Positions 1-12,300 of a stretch of 64,000 nucleotides of DNA are shown here, piece by piece. Source of the stretch: Hormiphora californensis (taxonomy: Eukaryota > Animalia > Ctenophora). The stretch covers positions 7,936,001 through 8,000,000 of the forward strand of contig CM035357.1 in the NCBI GenBank assembly GCA_020137815.1, written 5' to 3'. The first letter of the stretch is position 1. Every line of letters begins with the position of its first letter. The notes beneath the pieces were generated by a model. The model did not search any database. It was not told the DNA's origin and saw only the letters and a program-made list of their open reading frames with translations. The position numbers and the translations under genes were made by a program.

Positions 1-216
1 CTACATATTTTGAGCGTCACGCTCCATTCACTGAAACACGCTGTAATTTAATGTCTCCATGGCTACAATGATGCGATAAGGCAATTCACACTCACTGGTA
101 CAAAGTGCAATACTGGATGTTTTGCAACACTGTCTTTGTCTGACTATCAGGCAAACTGGCCCATATCAATCACATAAAGAGTTCTCATATTGGAACAAAA
201 CTTCGCACTCATCATG

Positions 217-2234
217 TCAGAATGTTTTGTCCATTTCCAACTTGCTGGGGTCGATTTGGACCGCTAGAAATAACTTAGGGTGGTTTGAGGTGTGGTCGCC
301 ACACTTCTCCGCTACATGGATCACATTACTTTTGGTTCTGCTTCTACGACGGCGGTCCTTTCTCTTACATACTGCGAATGGGGTTAGATCAAATTGGGAT
401 TTGTTTAGGGTTAACAACCAGTCGAAAACTGGAAGCCCCAGTGTAACTCACCTAAGCAGCACATTATGCAGGAGAGAAAGGAGAGGACAGTAGAAACTGT
501 TGTTAGAACTATCAGGACTGTGTTGTTCGTCAAAACTATCGGGGAGTGTAACATGTTACTGGGAAACAGAACAAAGTATACATAGGACGGAGGTACTTTT
601 ATTGTGGGCCGAATAATATTACATGGGTGCCAGGGCCTTATCAGTTGTATTAGGCATAATTTAGATTGCTTTTTTATTCTGGCATGAAGTTGGGTTCTTT
701 TGTGAAACACTTCTTTGTCTCGCCTACTAAGGGTATCGGTCGTTGGGTTTTAGGCCAGGTCTTACATTTTAAAATACCATCCAGAATCGAGTCTTTGTCT
801 TCATCATCAGCACCCGTATCATCATCAGTATCGTCATCATTTCCATCATCGTGTTTTGTACATTTCGTCGATCCAGGTTGTAGAGTGGTAAATCCTTCTT
901 TACATCTTTTGCACTCATCTTGACCTGATAGAAATGTCATTAGAACACCCTGTCTCTGGGATGTGTATCTGGGTACAGATGTACCATCCAAACTTACCTT
1001 CTAAATCTTGGTAGAACCCTAGTTCGCATTGCACACATCCCTCTGAACTTCCCGTAGCATTCTGGAAAGTCCCCTTCTCACAGATATCACACTCCACCGC
1101 CCCTACTCCTTCATAAAAACTTCCATTGCTACAAGGCACACACTCTGTTGTCCCTGCTGTGGGCTGAGCGGCCCCTGGTGGACACAATTCACACTGTTCC
1201 ATCCCAGTCGAGTTGGAGAAGGAGCCGGGAGGACATGAGAGGCAGCTGGTAGATCCAGTATTGGGCTGGTAGGTCCCTGTTGGGCATGGTTCACAGGGGG
1301 ATCCCAGAGAGGGGGAGTAGTGTCCTTCAGGACATGATCTACAGACTCCATCCACTACCTCTTCACCTAGTGGATGGTTCAGTAGAAAATATCAATATCA
1401 ACACAAAGAGGTTTACACAAAGAGTTTTCTAGAAGAGATTCTCCGCTATGCCCTGTAGAATTTAGAAATTATGCAGAGGTACCTGCTGTACAGTTTGGGC
1501 AGTTAGTAGCCCCTGGTTCAGTCTGCCAAGTACCACATTGTAAGCACTGGGTCTGGTGGTAGTCAGGTTGGTATTTCCCTTCACCACACACCTCACACTC
1601 CTCCATGCCCTCCTCAGGCTGAACAGTACCTGTATAGAAACATATACCACATGGTATAGCTGTTCAAACCAAGTCTGATGTACTTTCCAGGTACATCCAT
1701 GGACTAGTACTACCTACCAGGTTCACAGGGGTAACACTGTGTCAGGGCTGTTTCATTAGCAAAGTAACCCACTGCACAGTCCAGGCAGTTCTCAGTAGCC
1801 TCGTTGCGGGTGTATGTGCCATATGGGCATTTAGAACACAGAACAGAGCGAGTGGATTGCGCCATCCATCCAGGCCCGCAGGGAGTACACTCTGAAAATA
1901 ACTCATTTAATCTGATCCCTTCCTACAATTACTATTCTTCCTTTACCTGTCTGCTCCTCCCTATCCTGGGAGTATCCTGGTGAACACTCTATACACTCCT
2001 TCCCGTTCACATAGGTTCCTTTAGGACACACAGAGACACATTCATCTTTGGTCTTGTCATGAAATTGTGCACAAGACGGGGTGCCGAGCCGGGTTGGGTT
2101 GTCAAACTCTCCAGTAGAGGTTAGAATACTTTGTGAAGTGAAGGGCGGGTAGGTAGTTCCAATGGGTTCAGCACTCAGGCACACATGGGAAACAAGCAGG
2201 AAAACTATGGGAGGGATTATTCCAATAATTTCAT
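217..2234 (-). CDS. Cys-rich repeat (GCC2/GCC3, ephrin-receptor-like) type I membrane protein, multi-exon
   Basis: Signal peptide MK(I)IGIIPPIVFLLVSHVCLSA (ATG 2234; needs one extra A). 17-aa CxxGxY/F...CxxC repeats at 1903-2184, ~1480-1890 and 915-1355. Acidic DDDTDDD patch, TM TVLIVLTTVSTVLSFLSCIMCCL, then basic CKRKDRRRRS; stop at 217. GT-AG introns visible. Confidence 0.8.
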
Positions 2235-2777
2235 AGTCAACTGAGGTTTAGAACAACGACCAATAGAGCTCTATGATACCTACTCACCAAGTTTACAGAC
2301 GAAATATTTAGAGATCATTGTTCAAAAAGGTCTCAGGCACTAAAGCGTCCTACATAATTGTGCGATGGCCCCGTTTGAGGGGGCGATCAGGGATTGAACG
2401 AGTGATCAAGGTGGACTGAAAGAGCTATGGCGGAAATGTGATAAGTATTCTGTATCTTATTCCCCATGTTCTCTCTCTCTCTCTCTCCCGATTGTAACGC
2501 AGCGGTATAAGTTCGAACAAAGGAAAGACGCTAGACTTTGGGGGAGTGGGGGATAAAAGAAGGCAAATTCTGGTATTAAATGTCTCTCTTTTAATTTATC
2601 ACTTGACTTATTAATGTTCATAATTTATTTTCTTTGTAAAATCACAATTATGAGTACAATGAACTTTTACATACATCAATTTATTATTATTCTACCAAAA
2701 AATATACTCCTGGCTTGCATACATATTTCGAAAAGGAAGTCCAAATGTGTACTACATTTCCTACCCAACTATAATTA

Positions 2778-3454
2778 TTGGTGACATTGACACCTAGTGC
2801 GTGCGAGATCGAGGTCGCGCGGCGACCGAGATCGAGCTCGCACATAGGTGTCCGCTCCGCCCCCTGAAAAAGGGTCGTGTCTTTCAAGCCAAATTGCACG
2901 TGATCCACTGGACCGATTTGCATCCGGTTTGTCGCAAAAGACTACAAATTGGTCCTAGTTTACTGGAAAATACCCGAGAAGTTTGTCTGTCAACAGGAAG
3001 TGGGTCAAAATTGACACTGAAGTCAAATCTATAATCTGGCTTCCGAGCCTTTTTGCACCACTCCCAGACGGTGTAGAATGAATCTGAGGGTATCAGAAGA
3101 TAGGTTGAACTCTTGTGAGTACTGGAAAATACCCGGCATTAATAGCTGATGCTAATTGCATCAACATATCTCCCAATATCTTCTAAATCGCATGGGCGTA
3201 GTGCAGAAACTCTCGGAAGCCAGATTATAGGTTTGACTTCAGTGTCAATTTTGACCCACTTTCTGTTGACAGACAAACTTCTCGGGTATTTTCCAGTATA
3301 TTAGGATCATTTGTAGTCTTTTGCGACAAACCGGATGCAAATCGGTCCAGTGGATCGCGTGCAACATCCCTTGAAAGAAACGACCCTTTTTGAGGCGGAG
3401 CAGACACCTGTGTGTGAGCTCAATCTTGGTCGCGCACGGTGTCTATGTCACCAA
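2778..3454. mobile_element. Long-TIR MITE, Mutator/foldback-like
   Basis: ~260-bp imperfect inverted repeats (ttggtgacattgacacc...ggtgtctatgtcaccaa); 9-bp direct flank CTATAATTA at 2769-2777 and 3455-3463. The mirrored ORFs 2801-3034(+) and 3225-3407(-) are artefacts of the IR. Confidence 0.8.
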
Positions 3455-3509
3455 CTATAATTACACATCATTACAAGTAATTTCCTACAACCCAAGTGTT
3501 GTAAACAAG

Positions 3510-5125
3510 ATGTCTCAGTCTGTGGGGGCATCACTCAGTTTCACACAGCAGATGACCATGCAGAACCGGAGGCAGCAAACCATTATCATGTTCTTTACCT
3601 GTGAAATGTGTAAGTTTGGGGAGAGACGTTCCAGATGGAATTAGCTAACTCCATCTGGAACGTAACGTCTAACAGCCCTCTAAGTTCTAACGTTAGGCCA
3701 CAATTATAATCACAATAGTAAATAAATCTGAGGTGTGATTAATAAGACCCTCACCTGTTCTTTAGTGTCGGTTTTATGAGCTTTACCACTGTCAGGTGAC
3801 TGGATGTTGAAATTCGAATCAACTCTGTACCTGAAAACAAATTATGAAAATTATATGGTTGGAATTCAGTCTAAAAAACCCTCATAATAATATGCCTCTG
3901 CAGTCGACATTCCTCTATTTCACGTTCTGTGCGTCAACTCCTTCCCTCTCCCGTTATCCCCTTATCGTACAAATGAGAAGCAGTGTAATTTGAACAGACA
4001 ATGCCTCAATATGAGTACAGGGGAGGGAGAGAAAACCTAAGGGTGCAGTGTCAAACCGATAAAGCTCGTCAGTCAAGGATACAGCGAGCCTAGAAGTCCT
4101 AACAAATTATTCAGGAGTATGGCTAAAAAAAGAGATACCAAACCTACCTTGTCTCACCTCTTACTCAACAATGCTTACCCAAATGGTAGAGCAAGGCTTT
4201 GATGTAGAAAATGTTCCAAAAATCCACTTCTCTGTGACCCCTTGGTTCTAATTAAAATCAACGTTTTCTGTCTGTTCATCTCCCTCATTCTGGTACATGG
4301 GAACAGAAGCTGTTATAGTTCATGGTTCATGGAATTAGGAAATATGCTCAAAACAGCTGCTATTTGACCTCCCTGCAAGTTCCCATACCGTATTTTGTTG
4401 AGGCAGATGCGGCGTTTTGGAAGGTTAGCGGGTATACAAAGGATGTGTCCATCCTGTTCTGCATTCACATGCACTGGCGTGTATATCTCGTCCAGCACCT
4501 ACAACACAGAGGGGGTTAGAGAGGGAAGCAGTGGTGGGGGGCCTCTCAATGGTGTGACAGCTGATTAGGTCTTTAGCTGACATGCTCAAACATTTGTTAA
4601 TGAAGGAGCACATGAAAAGTTTTATGAAGGAGCACTATAAGATATGTACCGTTATTGGGTCTTCGTTCCCAATGTACTCTTCCCAGTGCTGTTTCAGTGT
4701 TTTCTTCGTGTATGTCAGGATAGATCCTCTCTTCAAGTAGTTGTGTGATGTTTTCTGGGGGGAGAGTGGTGTTAGATAGGTAGGCGAATGTTAGTTTTCC
4801 ATCCCATCTAATACAAAGGATTAAAATATTAGGTCCTTCCCAATATCGCAGCATCATCACCTTATCTCCCTTTTCTCCGTCACTCTGTTGATCTGAGGAG
4901 CCTCTATTCACCATGGTGGCCTCCTCCTGGTCACTGCCCGATATGGAAGTGTTGTACTGTTGTACTGAATGGTCCAGGATGGCCGTGGCGGAGGGGGGAT
5001 GGGGACTACCTCCCGCCATCAACAACCACCGCTTATAAAGGTACTGGTGGTAGACTTGCATGATGTTGTGGGAGTGACAAAAACACAAAATACACAGAGG
5101 AGGAATCGATCTGCAGCTGAGTGCA

Positions 5126-5183
<58 letters not shown>

Positions 5184-6586
5184 GTGGGGAGACAGAAATC
5201 ACATAATAGTATTGTTGCAGCAGCTGTTAATAGATCACATATGTAAGAATCGTAGAGCACTTTCTAGGAAGTTAAGGGAGAGAGAGACGATTACTTTAGG
5301 GGAGCACTTGTCAGAAGACTCTTATATTAGAGAGAGAGTAGTGAGAGAGTAGTGAGAGAGATAGTTTGGAGAAATGCTGGAAATATCAAAGCAGGAACAA
5401 CAGTGGAACTTCTTCGGAAATGTTGGATCGTGACAGCAGCAAATGGATTATGAGCAGATTATGCACATTTCCCACTAACTATAATTATCAATCAAATACC
5501 AATCATTGCTTTATCGACCATGATTAGTAGGCAGACGTGTGAACCTAAATACCTAAATGTAGTGTATTAAGAATGAGGGAGAAGCGGAAATATATGGGTG
5601 GGAAGATTGGGCTAAAGAATAGGGAACGAAGAAAAGAGGCAGAGAGAAGGAGAGAGATTATAACCCAAGCTTAGCGCGGATATTAACAGTTTGGACCTTC
5701 CTCTTCCATCTACCAATCAAAAGGGAGGACGGTGCCCCTTCAGCCAATGAGAAGGCAGGAGGAGTGGTCACGTGACTTAAGCCTGGGAATAGTTTATCTG
5801 TTCCAAAGTGAGGTGCCAACACTGGGCCTGGGGCAGCAATTCGAGGAAATGCAGAGAAACTACAGAGAGATCATTGGAGCGGTAATGCCCCCTCCCTCCT
5901 CCCTAAACATTACCATGGGGGCAGCTGTAGATCCCTCGATAGGCCGATACATGTTCTGGTATGGAGGTATATTGCGGTCGAGGAGAGCGAGAAAGAGGGG
6001 GAGAAGAGGAAGGGGGTATGTTGGTTGGTTCTGACGGGACGAATGACTTGTCTACTCATAAACAGAGTCAATATATATGCCCCTAATGATTTCCCCTGTT
6101 ATACTACTGCATGCACCACTATAGTTATAGGGGACCCACTTAGGAAGCTCAGAAGCGGGTACTTTCTCTGAGAATATTCCCAATGTTTGAAATCCCCATG
6201 TTGGAAAAGTGGAAAACATCCCTGCCACACAGCTCGATCTCTGACACACACACCTTACTGGACCTAGTAGCCCTCCCTATAGATATTACAAGGTTTACTC
6301 ACATAATATTCCACATCGTCCACTACTCCACCGTGCAGACTGTGATCCAGAATTCCCCCTGTGTACTGGTAATGATGGGTAACACCAACTGTCATGTCTA
6401 AGGAACGAAGATTAGAGTTGATCGGTTTGCAAACATAAAAATAGTAAAACAAAGATTGCTGGATGGTGTCTAAATAAAGCAAGATGTCAACAGATGTCAC
6501 GGAGCGGTCCCAATTTACGGAAGTGAAGCTGGAATTACACGTGCAGCTTCAGATCACACATCCAGCCACATAACATTGGTCTCTCT

Positions 6587-6664
<78 letters not shown>

Positions 6665-7120
6665 ATCTCTCTTTCTCTCTCTCTCTCTATCTCTCTCTCT
6701 CTCTCACACAACTGGTAAATTATGGTACAACACGTGCCCAAGAGACGTGGGACATGAAGCTGTATGTGGGGTAGCTACTAGCTCGAGTGCAAAGTGGAAA
6801 GCAGGGATCTGAAAATTATCAACAAACAACACACACTACATAAGTACATGAACTATAACTACTAGAAAGTATACTTCCCAAGAGTCATGTGACTACAACA
6901 ATTGAGGTCATGTATTGTGACTCCTTCATTAACAACAGCTAACTGCTCCTTCATAAACAAAAACATCACATGGCATCCACATAGGGCCGGATTCACAAAG
7001 TACTAATTGATTCTTGTGGGTATGCAGGATACTATAATTATGCATTTATCCATAATATTTTGATTTGCCAAGCGGAATGGGGTGGAGCCGGAAGGATGAA
7101 ACTTACCAAGGCCATTCATC
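3510..7120 (-). CDS. Uncharacterised multi-exon gene(s)
   Basis: Series of short open segments bounded by gtaag/gtgag donors and cag/tag acceptors (e.g. MQVYHQYLYKRW...HWERRPNN at ~5061-4650; LDEIYTPVHVNAEQDGH...). No family recognised; may be two genes. Confidence 0.35.
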
Positions 7121-8336
7121 AAGGTAATTTTAATGCAAAACAAAGAGAACACGACCCTTTAATTACATCAAGCTCCAAAGGAGATGGTAGGGTAAACAGC
7201 AAATAGCGACCCATTCGGCCAAAGAAAAATTACTGGGCAAAATTATTAATTCTAATGCTCTCAGAAATTTCAGCCCAACGCCTCAATTATAGGGTCCAAG
7301 GCATCGCTCGCTTAAGCGTCTCTCTCTTCATTAATATTATGTTCTCTCTCCCTTTCTCTTTTTCTTTTATTCTCTGACTTCCTCCTTGCCCCTTGCAACC
7401 TCCTAATATCTCTTTCTCTTGATCTCCTCCCTTATATTCTCTAAAGCCCCAACGAGAAAGAAAGAAAGAGAGAGGGGGAGAGAAGGAGAGAGAGAGAGAA
7501 ACAATGGCCCCATATTAAAACGCGGAAGGTCAGAGCTTGAATCTTGCGGTCTCAATTATTTATGGAAATCCTGAGACTGCGGCAGCACCCTCAAAATATA
7601 TTTAGATTGTGGTTTTGGTGCAGACTTGGAAAAAATGAAAAAATTATATCTTCAAAGCTATTATAGAAGAAGGAGAAAAACACGCCACCACTCATGATAC
7701 TTTATTAGTTAAGCGAACTTGAGAAAAAAACTGATGACACACAGATTTAGAGATTGTATTTATGCCAGATCCTACTGTCTCAGTGTCACTTTAGTGATTA
7801 TATTGATTGGTGGTATAGCACCTAGTTGGTATCTACAAAATATATCAATCTCCCACCCCCTGGTCTCTAGTGTCAATACAATTACTAATATCGCCAATAA
7901 TCACATACATATGCTCATATGTAATTATCTGTGGTGCATCTCACCCTGCATAACAACTCGCACCATCGAGATAACGGTTGGCTCTTGTTCTATCGGTCAG
8001 AATATTGAAACACCACTAGATTCTTCCAATAAATGTATGGTATATTTCCTAAATGTGGCACTGGGAACTATTCCAGTTGGCATTGCTCCTCTAATCACTA
8101 TAAAGGATCACTCAATTCTCGTTAACAGGCTTGAAACGTCACAAGTGATTGCTCTGCCAATATGTAAGCGTATGTGTGTGAGAGAGACGTGTAAAAGCCG
8201 GTGCGTGGGCAGGTACACACAATCTCACTTTTCTAGTTGTTTGTTGTTAGAGTTGTTGTTGAATTATCATGCATTGAAATTGAGAAAATACCAAAATTGC
8301 TTTAACTCAAAACCCATTATTTAATGTAGTTACATA

Positions 8337-8954
8337 ATGGCTAAGAACATGCCCAAGATGGACCCGGCTACAATGCCTTATGCCAAGTTCACTGGTTTGA
8401 TTCACAAGAACCTCCCTGAAATGGGGTTCCCAGTCACCCCTGCCCACGTCAGCATGGGTTTCTGGGGTCTCATGGCCCTTTGGACAGCTGTGGGGGTAAT
8501 GGGATCTGCATTCTTGACTAACTTCCTGGGTATCCTGTACCCTGCGTGGCAGAGCTATAAATGTGAGAAAGAAAGAAAACCAGCGTCACAGTGGCTAGCC
8601 TACTGGATCATCTACTCGCTCTTCTTCCTTCTGGAGATATCTCCCTCTCTGATCGCTAAGATTCCATGTTACTACACCATCAAGTTGGCTCTCCTACTGT
8701 GGTGCATGTACCCAGGAGTAGGTAATGGTGCTGACCTAGTCTACAGTAATGCCATCCGACCTGCCCTGCACATGCTGGACGGAGTCATGGGAGATAACCC
8801 TAAGGCCAAGAAAGGAGGAGCTGGGAGTGGTATGGGGGACAGGAAGGGGTCACTCAATGGAGATCTGAGTGCTCTTGGAGGTAACCCACCCAAGATGACC
8901 AAGAGCTCTAGTAGGGACAGCCTGAGTGGCAAGGGAAAGGGACCCAAGTTGTAA
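8337..8954 (+). CDS. TB2/DP1/HVA22 (REEP5/Yop1-like) ER-shaping protein, intronless
   Basis: Family motifs GILYPAWQSYK, QWLAYWIIYSLF, IPCYYTIKLALLLWC and GADLVYSNAIRP. Confidence 0.9.
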   Translation: MAKNMPKMDPATMPYAKFTGLIHKNLPEMGFPVTPAHVSMGFWGLMALWTAVGVMGSAFLTNFLGILYPAWQSYKCEKERKPASQWLAYWIIYSLFFLLEISPSLIAKIPCYYTIKLALLLWCMYPGVGNGADLVYSNAIRPALHMLDGVMGDNPKAKKGGAGSGMGDRKGSLNGDLSALGGNPPKMTKSSSRDSLSGKGKGPKL

Positions 8955-9239
8955 ATGTGGGGATTCGAGTGCTAGTGATATAATCGGAAGGGCTGAGAAA
9001 AGATGAAGAATCAAGATGTATGAAAAGTTTGGAAATAGGACATTCTATTTTTTACACAGTTAGAAGAATTGCTGACGTGGGTTTTTAGTTTGTGAAAAAA
9101 ATGAGTCTTTCATTATCATAGAACAATTGATTTTCTAGTTTTACATTTTGGAATTCGATGTATTTTTATTGGGTTCCTTCTCCCACCTTCCCCTTTCATT
9201 TTTCAGTCCTAAAACTCTTACGGCTACCCCTCCCCCCCC

Positions 9240-9355
9240 CCCTCATACCTCCTTCCCTCTCTCTCTAGTAGCTAGCATCCCTCTCTCATACCTCCTTCCC
9301 TCTCTCTCTAGTAGATAGCATCCCTCTCTTACACCTCCTTCTCTCTCTCTCTAGC
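9240..9355. repeat. ~43-bp tandem repeat (about 3 copies) just upstream of the ferroportin-like ATG
   Basis: Unit catacctccttccctctctctctagtagctagcatccctctct recurs. Confidence 0.6.
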
Positions 9356-9356
9356 A

Positions 9357-12300
9357 ATGCGGCTCAGATGGCGAGAGCTATCTCCGGAAGATGCTCTCAT
9401 TATCAAAACGGGATTTGGGGACATCGGTCGGAGGATGTGGTCCTTTGCATCAATGATGTTCTTAATCACACTTAAACCTGGTAGGAGAGCCAATGTAATA
9501 GTGAATATCTGTGATAACCATGGTTACCATCCGCCTAGCAACTAGTAACCATGACAACCCCGCAGGATCAATGGATTTGGTGGCAGGCCACACCCTCAGT
9601 ATCAGTATTGCAACCCTGATATTCGCTAACTCTATCGGAACATTGATCGATAGGATAAAGCGGCTAACAGCTATACGTGTAGCAATCGGTAAGTTAACAA
9701 CTTTGTAAAATGTATCCTATGAAATAATGAAACTAGAAGTGGAACTTCCCCAACTCTCCAACATCTCTCTTCCAAATATAGGTGGTCAGATAGCGGCTGT
9801 AGCAGTGATAGCGATCATGATCCTTGGTGTACAAATAAAGGGTGACATCTTAACTTGTGTTCCATCAGAGCTTTATTCAGTGTTCACAATTCTTGTAAGT
9901 ATTTAACAGGCCCCTCACTTTATCCTCATAATCATATCCCCTCATATTATCCTCATATCCCTCGTAACATTCCTGTCCCGGACAAATCTGATCTAGCACC
10001 GTATCATTGATCCCTATAATACCTCGATTACGACTTGATTTACCAACCCGGCCATCCTCCTAATTTCAGTGTATCTGTGACATCTGCTCTAAGCTGGCAA
10101 AAGAGGCAGCAGGGATTATTATAGGGCGAGACTGGATGGTGACTGTGGTGGGTGGTGATAGGGCCAGGTTAGCACGGTTAAACGTGTGGGTGACAAGGAT
10201 AGATGAATTCTTTGGGATCACATCTCCACTTGTTATTGGTTACCTCAGACAGGTCCTCTCCATGTTACAGACAACTATCATTGGGTCACTAGGGTGAGTT
10301 ATAATACAGGTAGAGGAATATTTGGTGACTACAATGGGGGAAACAGTCGCGGCTGAACCTGAGGTTCAGGCACAACTATTTCCCCCAATCACTGTTATAG
10401 TAGAGATGGTAGGGGAGGAGATACATATTCTTCTTTTTGGGAGTTATTGTTCATTTCATCCTTCACAATAATTCCCTCTCCCCCAGATATCTGGTGTGCA
10501 TGCTGGTACAGTATAGTCTGATAATGTACGTGTACCGGAGGGTGGAAGGTATTCGTTACACTACACCACCTGCCTCTATCACAGAGAGCAGAGAGAGCAG
10601 CAGACTGAGTGTGATGATCAGTAGCCCTGACTCCAGTATTATTGGGGGCAGTAGGGAGAATGTTGACGAGGAACCTCTCTCACCCCCACCACCCTATACT
10701 GAGAAGGAAGAGGAGGAGGCAGCCAGTAGAGGGAGAGGCGGTGGAAGGGGTGGAGGGAGAGGAGGAAGGGGTGGGAAGAATGGACAGGCTAGGGAGGGTG
10801 ATAAAGAGGGTGAGGTGAAGGGAGAAGGAGAGAGAGGAGGTGGTGGTAGAGGAAGGGGAAGGGGAAGAGGAGGAAAAAGAGAAGCAGCTGATTCGCCCGG
10901 CCAAAGGTCAGTTGTTTATCCTTATTACACGCAGAGAATTGAGAATTGAGAGTTGAGACCCTGTAAATGTGATCCCATTGAGTTGCGCCAAGATTTAAAT
11001 ATAGCCAGACTAACACACCGGTCCATTCAGGAAGAAACAAGACTCACAGAAGAGAAAGAAGCAGTCCCGGAAACCCAACATTTTCGATCCCCGTGGTTTG
11101 TATGAGAACTTCAAGAAGTTTGCCACCTACAAGATTGCTCTGGCGGGTGTGTGTCAAAGTATGCAGCAGTTATCTCTAGTGGAGTTTGGAATTGTTACCA
11201 TGTTGTACCTGAGAACTCAGGGTAAGTTAGAAGACAGGTCTGACTTCTATATTTCTTGTTGGCAAAGTGGTTTAGTTGGTGATGATTTAGTATTTCACCC
11301 TCCTATTATATTTAGGTATCAACTTCCTGTATCTCGGAGTGTCCAGGTCTCTCTGTGGAGTTCTAGCCATCATCGCCTCCTTTATCTACCCAAGATTCGT
11401 CAAGAAGTAAGATAGTTCAAGTAGTGTAACCTTCAAAACTAACTATTCGAAATGTTTTCTCACCTCAGCTAATAACACTCCCTTCCTCAGGAGAGGCTTG
11501 ATATCCGCTGGGTGGATCGGGTGTTTTATCCAAGTACTAGCCTGCTATGGGGCCCTGGTTGCTATGTACTGCCCCCACTATGCAATCAGTTCATCAACAG
11601 GCCCCAGCACTGGAGATGGCACAGCTGCATCTAAATGTTCCGATAACTTCATACCTGATGACTCCTTCTCAATGCCTGAATTTGATGATATGTATGGCAT
11701 TGTGGATCAGAACTTCCCGCTCCAAGAACGGAGGAATAGGAGTCTGGGGTTGGAGAGACTCAACTCAACTAATGTAGTGATTGGGGGTAGTAAAGAGGGA
11801 CGATATCCAGTTCCTAAACCGGCTAGGTTAGATGATGGTAGGCCTGGAAACAAGGCTGGTGGTCAGATAATGGGCAGTGATGATGAAATGAATAAACGAC
11901 CAGGTGGTGGAGGCAAGGGACCCTCAGGGGGAGGTGGAAAAGGGCCTGGTGGTGGAGGGGGCAAGGGACCTGGTGGTGGAGGTGGACACCATGGTGGTGG
12001 TGGAGGAGGGGGTGGAGGAGGTGGTGGACATCATGGAGGAGGGGGAGGAGGTGGTGGTGGAGGAGGCGGTGGTGGAGGACACCACGGGGGTGGTGGAGGA
12101 GGTGGAAAGGGAGGTGGAGGTGACGAACAACCCTCAGCATCTGCACTTATCATTTTAGGTGAGTGATATCAAACCTTAATTCTACTGTTACCGGGATGCT
12201 CGGGGGAAAGGGTTTTGCCCGGTAAATCGGGGGAAATACCTAGACTGAAATAGGCAAAAAAATTCCCGTCATCAGATCGCATAGCTCCCATATAATAGAA

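Noticed and set aside
4340-4375. GGQIAAV peptide identical to one in ferroportin exon 3
   Set aside because: Seven-residue match with no extended similarity; treated as coincidence.
7719-8324. 201-aa ORF upstream of the REEP gene
   Set aside because: Starts at TTG, has no recognisable motif, and lies in the probable promoter/5' region; not supportable as a gene.
11823-12158. His-rich, Thr/Ser-rich and Val/Glu-rich ORFs
   Set aside because: Alternative frames of the Gly-rich ferroportin exon.
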